A DNA stretch of 64,000 nucleotides from assembly GCA_043228905.1 (NCBI GenBank), contig JBHGNT010000099.1, positions 27,368-91,367 of the forward strand, given 5' to 3'. Every line of letters starts with the position of its first letter. Position 1 is the first letter of the stretch. Shown here piece by piece: positions 12,901 through 23,522 of the stretch. The position numbers and the translations under genes are program-made. The stretch comes from Azolla caroliniana. Its lineage: Eukaryota; Plantae; Polypodiophyta. The notes under the pieces were generated by a model. That model worked only from the letters and a program-made list of their open reading frames with translations. It did not search any database and had not been told where the DNA came from.

Positions 12901-15580
12901 CGGTAAGATAAGAGTTTGCGTTGACTACCGGAAATTGAATGCGGCTACATTAACGGACACCTTCCCACTTCCATTCACGGATGGAGTCTTGGATGCGGTC
13001 TCCGGTCATGAGGTGTACAGTTTTCTGGATAGTTTCAACGGCTATAATCAGATCCGGATGCACCCCAACGACCAGGAGAAAAGCGCTGTTGTCACCAAAT
13101 GGGGAGTCTTTGTTGCCGTAGTTATGATGTTCGGATTGAAAACGGAGCCGACAACCTTCCAGCGGATCATCATGGAGATTTTCGGAGAATTCATTCCGAC
13201 ATTCATGCAAGTGTTCTTGGACTACTTTGCTATTTATAGCCGGGAAGGGGATCACCTTCAGCACCTCCGACTATGTTTGGAGAAATGTAGGGTTTACCGG
13301 CTAAGCCTTAACCCGACAAAATGCTTGTTCGGAGTGTCCAACGGAGTGTTACTTGACCACATCGTGAGCAAGGACGGTATTGCAATGGATCCGGACAAGG
13401 TCAAAGCTATTTTGGAGGCACCGGCACCAACCACTGCAAAGGCATAAACCCAGTTCTTAGGACAAATTCGGTGGCATAGCTGAATGCTCCGGTATCTGGC
13501 AGACCTGGCTACACCATTGCATGCCACGGTACATCGGAAACCCTTCCAATGGATGGACAAAGAAGACAAGGCTTACAGGCCACTAAAAGTACTATTGTCA
13601 CAAGTGCCGGTGGTGCAACCTCCGGATTGGTCTAAAGAGTTCCATGTGTTCGTTGACGCGTCCGACATCGCAATTGAGAGTGCGCTTATGCAACTTACAG
13701 AACCGAAGTGGTACCGACCAGTGTATTATGCCAGCCGGAAGCTGTCCCAAGCAGAACGTAATTATTCCACAACGGAAAGAGAGGCCTTGGGCATGATCTA
13801 CAATATCACCAAGTTTAGACACTATCTGTTGGGAAGGAAATTTTCCTTTCACATAGATCATTCGGCGCTCCTCTATTTGGTGTCCAAAGCATCACTCACT
13901 AGTAAGCTGGCCTGGTGGCCGTTACTATTACATGAATTTGAGTTCGAGATATTCCACCTACCCGGCATACAACATGCGGTAGTAGACTATTTGAGTCGGT
14001 TAGATTCCGGCGAAACCGGTCACGGCATCCCAGACGAGTTCCCAGATGTAGAGTTGTTTAGAGTCACAGCAGAAATGACAACGGATGGTACGGTCACAGA
14101 GGAAGACAAGTGGCTCACCAACATGCACCAATTTCTGAGCACCGGCTTACCTCCGGAGGAGATGAACAGAGACGAGAGGAAACGCTTAGCGGTTCAAAGC
14201 TGGCACTTCTATCTATTATAGGATACACTATACCACAAAGGCGCAGATGGCATATGGCGGTGTGTAGTGCGCAACGACGAAAAGGACATAATATTGCGCG
14301 AAGCACACTACGAGATGACTGGAGGACATTATGCCGGAGACGCTACGACAAGGAAAATATGGCAGAGTGGACTATGGTGGCCAACAACATTGAAGGATGC
14401 AGTTCGGTACGCTAAAGAATACGACCTATCTCAGCGAATGGGCCAACCAACCGAACAAGCCAGGATGCCTGACCAGCCCGTGCTACCGTTAGAACCATTT
14501 CAGAAATGGGGGCTGGACTTTGTTGGTCCATTCAAACCACCAACAATGAGAACTGACAACCAGTATGTGATTGTCGCTATGGATTATTGCACAAAATGGG
14601 TGGAAGCCAAAGCACTACGCGACAACACCACGACATCCACGACAAATGTTTTATATGAATACATCTGGTGCTGGTATGGATGTCCGATAGAGCTAATAAG
14701 TGACCAAGGTGGTCACTTCTTCAAGAAAGTGGTGGAAAGGTTGACAACATTCTATGCGGTGGTGCATAAACGGAGCACTCCCTATTATCCGCAAGGCAAC
14801 GGATTAGCCGAGTCAACAAATAAAACACTACAGAACATGCTTCGAAAAATCTTCAATGAGAACTGGACAGATTGGGATACAAAGCTACACATTGCACTTT
14901 GAGCCTATCGAACGGCATATAAGACAAGTATCCGCACAACACCGTTTCGCCTAGCATTCGGATTGGAAGCAGTGATGCCGGTCGAGTTCCAGGTACCGAG
15001 TTTACGAATACAGATTCGGGAACGCCTAAATGAGAAGGAATCGGAAGCGATCCGGTTAGCCGCGCTATGCGAATTGGAAGAACACCGGGTAGCCAGCATC
15101 ATGCACCTAGAACTAGAGCAACGGCGAAGGAAAGCGTTCGTGGATCGTCACCGAAAAGGGAACGAAACGATGTTCGAAATCGATAAGCCGGTACTAGTAT
15201 TCCAGACCCGGATGGTTAAGATGCTGGGGAAGCTACGGTTTCGGTGGACCGGTCCATACTGGATCACGCGTGAGTTCAACGGTTCCTACCAGTTAGGGAC
15301 ACTCGCCGGCGAGGTTCTAGGTAAATGGGTCAATGGGTTCCGACTCAAACCATACAATGGACCCACGCCAAGAAACCCATTTGAACAAGTAAAGGCCGAC
15401 ACAGAACCGGACACCGGCAAGTCCGAACAGACGGCAACACATTTAGCAATCGGCAAGCGCGAAGCTGGTAAGAGGGAGCATGAACCGGCAAACGGCAAGA
15501 ACGACGTGACAGCAAGTAGTCCAGTAGCCGACAAGTCCCACAATTCGGATAGGGGTCCGATGGGACCAGATGCGAATTAA
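9928..15580 (+). pseudogene. gag-pol of Gypsy C, with multiple stops
   Basis: Zinc knuckles CTTCLNAGHSALEC and CLLCHSRSHTMEQC, protease IIDGG, RT active site decayed to FLDYF, DDE integrase. Confidence 0.9.
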
Positions 15581-15631
15581 CCAAACAGTTTTATAAAGAA
15601 AAAAAAAAATAAAAAAAAAAAATAAAAAAAA

Positions 15632-15668
<37 letters not shown>

Positions 15669-16005
15669 ATCAAATCAAAGTAATTCATGCAAGGGCAAGG
15701 TGTGAACGGACACAGGCAACAACGTGGAGTGAACAGGCACCTTGAAAAGGTACGTAGTGGGCTATTAATAGGGTATTAAATTGTCGCCACATGGCACGTC
15801 ATTCTATTCTAGTACACGACGTGCACACGCGTGGGTAAGAAAAAAAAAGGGGCTAACATGCAGCAAGAAAACCCCCATCGCATGGAGGTCTTCACATTTC
15901 GTGAATAGGGAGCACAAACACACACAAGCGATTGAAGATCATCAAACGTGAGCCCACGCACACAGAGCCTCCTCACACACATCCCTCACCGACCTCGAAG
16001 AAGCC

Positions 16006-18730
16006 ATGGACTGCCAAGCACTCTCTGAAGCAGCCAAGAAGTGGCTAAGGCAACTCGAGTTAGAAGGTTTCCTCATGATCATGGAGGCGCCACCGCATCG
16101 GGAGGCGGAGAAGATAGTAAAGGAAATCGACACAGAGCTGATCACGAAGGAGGCCATCCATGCTTTGATTGGCCTTCCGGAGGGGGGCATCTTCACTATC
16201 GACAACCCTATCCTGGAGCAACTCTGAAAATATTTTGGCGAATATTTTCTGGCCAAGACACAGGGCGGTGAAGATACATTATTTCGAGAGATTGCCCGTG
16301 TGCTCCATGAATTTGGACATGTATACCCTCGACCCCCGTGCATGCCTCCGAACCGAGCCGGCTTAGTCATAGCAATGTATGAAGGCGTGAAGGTGGACTG
16401 GCCGGTACTGATTGCGAACGGCCTCTGTGCGGCCATCGACTCTGTAAGAGGCAAGGAGGGTCGGAAAATATGGACTGCACTGGCGCAATGGCACACCCTA
16501 TTGGCGCCACCTATCAAGCTTGACAAGACCACGAAGTGGGGGAGAACGACCGAAGGCACCCCGGAAACGGCTTCGAAACGGCAGCAGCTTTTGGCCTCTA
16601 AGGCACCCAAAGGGAAGGCGGCTGACAAGGACAAGGCGGCAAAAGAGTGCGCCAATAGGAAGCGACAGGTGGAAATGCAGGAGGAGACATCGGCACGGCC
16701 AATCAAGATCATATTTTACCGACCGGTTCAACAAGAGCCGGACCCTTTGGCAACAAAATTCAACATCGGGACTCAAGAGGAGGAAGCGAAGGAGGAACCG
16801 TTAGAGCACCTCCAACAGCACCAGAAGGCAAGCACCGCAGAATAGGCCGGGGAGTGTTCAAACCCAAAGAAGGATGGAACGCTTCTACCCCGTACTGAGC
16901 ATCCCGCACCAAGGGTGGAATTGGAACCGGTTTGGACAGAACCGGTCACAGAGCTCCCTGCACAACAAGCTATACCGGCGGGTTAGGATACGGCAAGACC
17001 CGGAATTCAAGTGCCAGTAGTACAATTGCGTGCCTCACTGGCAGGTTAAGAGCAATCAGAGGCGGAGCGGCTAACTGAGGTGCAACCGGAACCAGAACGG
17101 CAAAGTGGTCACCAACCAGAGACAGAGTTGCAGCTCGACGCAACCAGACAAGACCGACCACTGGCTAGCGGAACCAATAGCCAACCCTCCGTGCAGACGG
17201 AACAACAGGGCACCGACAGCCAATGGCTCCGGAGTGGTGCACTACATAGAGGCGAAAGAGAAAGCGCAGATGGACCGGTTGCTAGTCACAACCGGAGAAC
17301 TAGAGACGGTCCGGTCGAGGATCCAGAGCCTAGAACAAGACTTGGACCTAGCCACAGAAAAATTGGCCAAAATGGCCTTAACCGGACCACAGATCCAAGC
17401 ACCGGTGACTCTGGTAGATGTACAGAATAAAGACACACCAGCACCTGTACATTGTAATAAGACCCCAGAGACGGAAATAGCCCCGGAGACAGTGGCGGCG
17501 CAAGCGAAAGAGCTTGCCGAATTGAAAGAGGAACTGGCCGCACAAGAAGCATTACGCACCCGAGAAAAGGACTTGAAGAAACCGACAGAAGAAGAACAAA
17601 GAAAGATTGCTAAGAACCTCTGCCGGGCAGAAGAGAATCTGCGGAAAGGATATCATGCATATGAACGACTTAAGGAGGAGAAAGAGAAAGTGTTGCAAGA
17701 AAAGGATAAGCTGCGACGGATGGCGGAAACGAAGATTGAAAGACTTAAAGAAGAACTCCATCAACAGAAAGATCGGGAAGACCGCGCTCGCCGGCAACTC
17801 AACCAGAAGTTGAAGCAGAAGACCGATGATTTTGAGCACCTACACCGGGACTATAAGCACTTGGATACGGAGCATAAGAAGAAGTAGGAGAAGATGGCAG
17901 AGCTCCGGCAGGAAGTTCATCGAGCTGAGACAACGCTAGCTGAAGAACGGGCTGAAAGAACATCGCTACTGGAGGAAGCCGCGCAAGAACGTATGGAGCT
18001 CTAGAAGCAGCATTATGAAGAAAAGGAAAGAGCGACAATGGTATTGCAGAGGTTGCAGAACACCTACCAAAACCAATTGTCACATTACCGGGAGCAGGAG
18101 GCGGACACGGTGAAGCTGATCAAGCAATTGAAGGAAGAACGACAAGCCGTGGAGGACAAATCGAAGATGGGACTTGAGCGGATCCAGTTCATTGTCCAGG
18201 CATGGAGGAACAAGACAAAATTCTTGATTGACGAAAGTTCCGTGCAATGGTGGGACAAATGGGCAAAGCACACAGCCGAGCTCCAATTGCTAAGGGCGGA
18301 CGCAGAAAACCGGCAGAAGGATGGCGACGACTGCTACATGCTAACAAAGGAGGACTTCACCGTCGTAAGAGATGAGTTAGTAGAAGACTTTGTAACTCTG
18401 GCGAAGGAACAGTCAGCAGTGGTCCAACAACTAGTAGCACAGCTGGACGATGATCGACTGGATACTCAAATCCAGTTTGAAAGCTATGAGCGGACCAGGC
18501 TACGACAAGAAGAAGCAAAGCAGGCGGTGACCGTCAACCTCAGCGATAAGGAGCCATCGTCGGGGCAAGGACAGGATGGATACAAGTCTAGGGCAAGTGA
18601 ACCGGAGTCAAATACGGCAGAGCAGCTGACAGAGAAATCACCGCCACAATTGTCGGTACTAGGAGCCGGACAGACGCCATCCAAGGAGCAACAGTCGGGG
18701 GAGCCAGAGTTGATTACCGTTCTATGCTAA
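16006..18730 (+). pseudogene. Accessory sense-strand ORF of Gypsy C (N-terminal GLPxGG/GVKVDW domain followed by a long coiled coil), fragmented
   Basis: Consecutive ORF pieces between integrase and the 3' LTR, following an A-rich spacer at about 15590-15680. Confidence 0.7.
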
Positions 18731-20975
18731 TTGTTCTATCATATGCGTGTATCAAGTCTAATGCCATATTGCTAAGTAACCAATTAAAGTCTGATTAATC
18801 GTTGAGTCTTAAGCCGTAGCACCCCTTTGGTGAAGTGTCTTCCGTAGACACCCTATGTTAGGCCATTGTCCGACCCTAAGGAATAACAAACACGAATCTT
18901 TAGATGACCGACATCTTCACCAAAGCCTTAGGAGCTGACAAACTTCGGCAATTCATGTCAGGCCTTGGATTGATGATCCCTGACTTGCCAAGCTTGAGAG
19001 GGAGTACAAGCGGACACCAAAGATCGTCCAAAGCGGATACCAGTTGAAGCAGACACCAATCAAAAGGAACCAACCTGAGTTGAGCTTGAGGGGGCGTGTT
19101 GAGAATCCAGCTCAACATAGCACCACGTGTGAACACACCTTTTGAGAATCCATGATTACTCAAAAGTCAAGAGTCACACCACTACTCTCTACACATTAAC
19201 TATGTGTCATAGAATCATATTCTATGACACATAACTAATCAGTTACATATTCCCCATGACTATGAGTCTTCACATTCCCTAAGAGAGAGAGTGGTTGTTG
19301 AAAAGTTAATGAAGAGAGAGGGTGACTCTATATAAAGCACCCTCCTCATACTTCATATTAGGTCGGTTGTGACTCCTTATTATGCTACATTTTATAATTC
19401 TTATTCTACTTGTGTAATATACACCTTCTTCTTGAGTATTTTATTTCTCTTGTCTATCTATCTAGTGTTCTCTCATCTCTCCTCTAATTCCTCTCACACA
19501 TACACATAACACACATCTCTTCCGCTACACAAGAATTATACCCGATTCTTTACAGGTGCAGTCGGTTGAAATTGTGGTTTCAAAGTACAACCATACCAAA
19601 TCAGGTTCTATCATTCTGTGACTGTATTTCGTCTTATCTCATAGTGGAAATTTTTGTTCTCGTGGTTTTTCCTTGAAATCAGGGGTTTCCATGTAAATCG
19701 TGTGCTACTTCTTTTATTTCTGTTTGTGTCTAAGTTATTTGTAACTTCCATCTGAGTGGAAATCATAACAAATTGGTATTAGAGCGAGGTTCTAGATGGA
19801 AGGGAATGTGAATGGCTTTCCGGGGATGATGTTCCTAAACTCACAAAAGTACTCAGACTGGAAGATCAAAAGGGAAGATCTTCTGATAGTCAAAGATCTA
19901 TATGAGCCTATAGAAAAGGAAGACATACCTAGAGGGGTAATAGAATTTGAGTGGAAAACTCTAATTAGAAAGGCAGTTGCAACCATACGACAGTGTGTAG
20001 ACATTAGTGTTCTACAACATGTAGCAAGTGATACAAATGCCTATGAGTTATGGCAAAAACTCTCAGCTCTCTACGAAAAGAAAAGTGCCTTGAATAAAAC
20101 TTCTCTAATGAGAAAAATAGTGAGACTAAAGTACGTAAATGGGGAGAGTATCGTAGAGTTTCATGGGGCTGGTAAACCAGTTAGCATTAGCGAAGTTTCC
20201 TTTAGATGATGCTATGCATGCCACACTACTATTATGTACTTTGCCTGACAATTGGGAAAACCTAATAGTGACACTCAATACCTCATGTAAAGAACACAAC
20301 CTATCTTTACAAGTATTAAAAACAAGTATTCTAAATGAAGAGACAAGAAGAAAGGATAAAAGTGCCTTGTCTCAATCATAAGCTAATGTGACCCAAGAAC
20401 TCAATAGAGGAAGAAGAGAACATAGAAGTTCAGAAAATGGAGATAAGTTTTATGGAAGGTCGAAATCAAGAGGAAGACCTACATGCTCCTATTGTGGGAA
20501 GCATAGTCATTTCCAAAAGAATTGTCGACGCCGTAGAAAGGACAAAGGCATGGCTAATGAGGTTGAACCCAGAAAAATTGCTGATGATAAAAACACCTCA
20601 ACCATTGCAACTAGTGAGGAAAAGATGTTAGTTATCTGTGAGCAAGTTAGTGTGAATCTTGCAAATGTTGAGTGCTCATGGGTAGTGGACTCCGGTGCAT
20701 CATTCCACCTAACTCCCAAAAGAGAATGTTTCTCATCTTACATAACCGGTGACTATGGCTACGTAAGGATGGGAAATGATGGTGAATGCAAGATTGTGGC
20801 CATAGGTAATGTGTGTTTGCTAACATCTACTGGCTACAGCTTAACATTGAAGGATGTATGCCATGTTTCGGATGTCAGATTGAATCTGATATTGGTTGGC
20901 CGGCTAGATGATGAAAGCTGCAATGGCGACCGTTTTCGAAATGGTACATGAAAGTTCTGTTAAGGGAGCCTGATT

Positions 20976-22702
20976 ACAGCAGGCCCAAGAGCGTGTTACA
21001 GAGATCGAACACAGCGTCACTAGGGCACCACAAAATCTTGAACCAGCAGCGGGGGAGGACCCCTCAATAACCTTACAAGAGGAGATTGCCGCACAACATG
21101 CAATCGCTGCTAAAGCAAAAAGGGCTACGTAGCTTGTAGAGTCTGAGATTAACCGCCTCCGCTCCGAACTCCGCCAATCCTCCGATAGAGAAAAGGACAT
21201 CCGGGCCAAAGGCCGAAAGGCAGTGAAGGCCCTCGAAGAGAAACTCAAAGCGGAGGCAGCAAGGCACGCCCGCACGAAGGAGGAAAACACCAAACTACGG
21301 GAGGAAGCCCAAAAGTTGCAAGTGGCGATCGCAGGACTCCGGGCGTTATTGGAAAACAAAAAAGCGTGGTATGACGAGTAGCTCGTACGAGAAAATGAGG
21401 TGAGGCATTAGGTCGAAGTCCGCCTGAACTATGAAATGGGCCGGTTGGAGGAATTACACTCGAAAGAATCTCAAATATGGGCAGGAATGAAGAAGCATTA
21501 TGAGGAATCGGCTGCGGTTAATAAGCAAGAAATTGGAAACCTCAAAAAAACCCTGGAAGAAGCACAGAACCGCTGCCAAGTAATAACCGACAATGTGCGC
21601 ATACTTCTTCAAACAAATCGGGAGAGGTTTACGACGCAATTACAAGTAGTGCTAGACAAAGGTTGGATGGCATGGGCATCACAAGCGGCGGAGTTGCATA
21701 CCTACTGGGTGGACTGGGAGAACCGTAGGACAGAAGGCTGAGGTTTCTACAAACTCAATGAGGAAGGCATTGTAGTAGTACGCGAGGATCTAGCACAGGA
21801 TTATCGCACACTAGCGGACCAGCACTCCGAGGAACTCGCGCAACTACTGGACGATTTCGGCGAAAGTCAAGAGGATATGTTTCACCAAATCATGGAAGCA
21901 GGTAGCACGCTGCCAAGAGCAGAGCCCATTGTGATACCAGAAAGTGATACTGCCGAACAGGAGGAACCTCAACCCAATTCTTCGGAGATGACAACTACGG
22001 AAGGCAGCACGCGGCAAAGAGCGAAGCCCATCACGATACCGGAAAATGATACTGCCGAATAGGAGGAACCTTAGCCCAATTCACCGGAGAGGACAATTAC
22101 GGCCTTCAACACTGAGGAAGTTACAGAGAGGACAGAGCCTCAGACTACCAAGAGCCCGCAGACAGAAGAGCCAGCCACAGTAGAACGGAATGAGGCAGCA
22201 GAGCCGGGTCCGCCCACGTTGGGAGACGTTGACGCCATGGAAAACCCCACCGAGCAAGTACAAGACATGCAACCACGCAACCACGCGCCTACGGGCACTA
22301 CGCCGTCCACGGATCAGTACCTAGGAGAGGAACCAAACATCCGGAATATTTTGGAGAAAGAATAAAGGGATGGGTCCGACATGCCATGTCCTCTATAAGA
22401 GGTGCGTGTAATTTTGGGAATATAGAGCGTTTTTATAATAGAATACTATCTTCTCTTATCTCTATGCATATCTGTAGTTTTCTCTGTTGTGTTCTTTGTT
22501 TCTTTGTTGCATACGGTTAATCGTAAGGGTGTTGGTGTAAGTGCGGATACTAGTGCACTTTCTAAGGAGTTCGGTTGTAGCTGTCCCCCCTTATACGTTA
22601 CTAGGATACAAGGGAGTATCCCATTACGATTTACGGTACGATGGTTCTATTCCTTGTAAAACGGTCACCTTGAGGTCTACGCCGAAGGACTGAGCGTAGA
22701 CA
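20976..22702 (+). mobile_element. 3' remnant Y of a second, related Gypsy family (accessory coiled-coil ORF plus probable LTR end)
   Basis: LDKGWMAWASQAAELHTYWVDWENRRTEG aligns by eye with IDESSVQWWDKWAKHTAELQLLRADAENRQKDG of C. TATA-like CTATAAG at about 22393; ends ...TAGACA at 22702. Confidence 0.65.
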
Positions 22703-22974
22703 GTGTTCCTAATCGGTAACACACCTGCTCACATATTCATCCTCGACTACTGTAATATTTTTAAATTCCCTTGGTCCAATTGTCTTAGCACAAGAGCAAA
22801 GAGCAACCAAGATATCCAGTTTTCGCCTCCCTGGTCAAGTCGACACCAATATCATCAACATGAACAAGGGAAAGAAGATTGCTAGGTATGTTTTCGGAAC
22901 TATATTTTTAGATTCTTCAAAGATTCCCAAAATATTCCTTTTTGTGTTTGTTAATTTTTTGTGTCTTGAATACG

Positions 22975-23260
22975 ATGCTTTCAATCGAGTTCTCATAATT
23001 TCAACGATGGAGTGCATGGAGTTCTCGTTGAAAGGGGGGAGAACTCGATGCACTGCATCGAGTTTCTGTTGAAAAGGGGGACTTTCAACGAGAACGTGAT
23101 GCACTCATTGAAAGGGAGGAGAACTTGATGCAGTGCATTGAGTTCCCATTGAAAGGGTTTTGCTTTCCACGGGAACTCGATGCAGTGTAGCAAGTAGTGT
23201 TTCTTTCAATGGAAACTCGATGCACTGCATCGACTTCTCGTTGAAAGAGGGGACTTTCAT
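22975..23260. repeat. Array of palindromic motifs AACTCGATGCA-N-TGCATCGAGTT interleaved with TTGAAAG...CTTTCAA inverted repeats
   Basis: Copies at 23042-23064 (perfect), 23121-23145, 23173-23195 and 23214-23236, plus partial copies. Confidence 0.85.
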
Positions 23261-23522
23261 GATCAATATACTAGAATTGGTCACTTTCTTGCTATTTTTT
23301 TGCATTTTTCTCAATGTTTTTTTATGTAACATTACATTTGAAAATGGGTGATTTTCGCCTACTTTTGCGGAAGTTTACCTTAGTTTTCAGGTTTACGTTG
23401 TTTATTTTTAAGATTATTGACATATCATTGTGTTATTACTTGTTGTTTTTAGTGAATCACGATAGAAGGTCCCATCTGTTAAATTGAAGATTCCTTCCCC
23501 AACAAAAAAACCTTCCGACACC

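Larger units (their letters stand above)
9492..18888 (+). mobile_element. Gypsy element C (non-chromovirus type) with an extra 3' ORF; 5' LTR 9492-9905, truncated 3' LTR about 18708-18888; TSD AACAC
   Basis: AACAC at 9487-9491 and 18889-18893. Termini TGTTAC...ATAACA. PBS TGGCGACCAC at 9913-9922 (tRNA-Arg-like). Order gag-PR-RT-RH-IN; WLSPIVVVPKKNG, DAS, WGLDFVGP, WTGPY; no chromodomain seen. Confidence 0.92.
4335..19045 (+). pseudogene. gag-pol of Copia A in three pieces: 4335-7636, 8375-9491, 18889-19045
   Basis: [48 protein letters not shown] split by an insertion, YTDADWAG, TDIFTK. Confidence 0.9.
3707..19554 (+). mobile_element. Full-length, degenerate Copia element A; LTRs 3707-4162 and 19097-19554; TSD GGTGC
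   Basis: TG...CA LTR pair. GGTGC at 3702-3706 and 19555-19559. PBS TGGTATCAGAGC at 4163-4174 (tRNA-iMet) and PPT before 19097. Domain order gag-PR-IN-RT-RH, with stops and frameshifts. Confidence 0.95.
3139..20975 (+). mobile_element. Copia (Tnt1-like) element Z, 3'-truncated. Its 5' LTR (3139-3706 plus 19560-19770) is split by element A
   Basis: Termini TGTTATGA...TCATAACA. PBS-like TGGTATTAGAGC at 19774-19785. Degenerate gag, zinc knuckle (CSYCGKHSHFQKNC) and protease (VVDSGAS) at 19796-20950, similar to element E. Breaks off after KGSLI at about 20975. Confidence 0.85.

Noticed and set aside
9986-16712. Large antisense ORFs over Gypsy C (259 aa and 256 aa)
   Set aside because: Shadow frames of gag and the accessory ORF, with no independent motifs.
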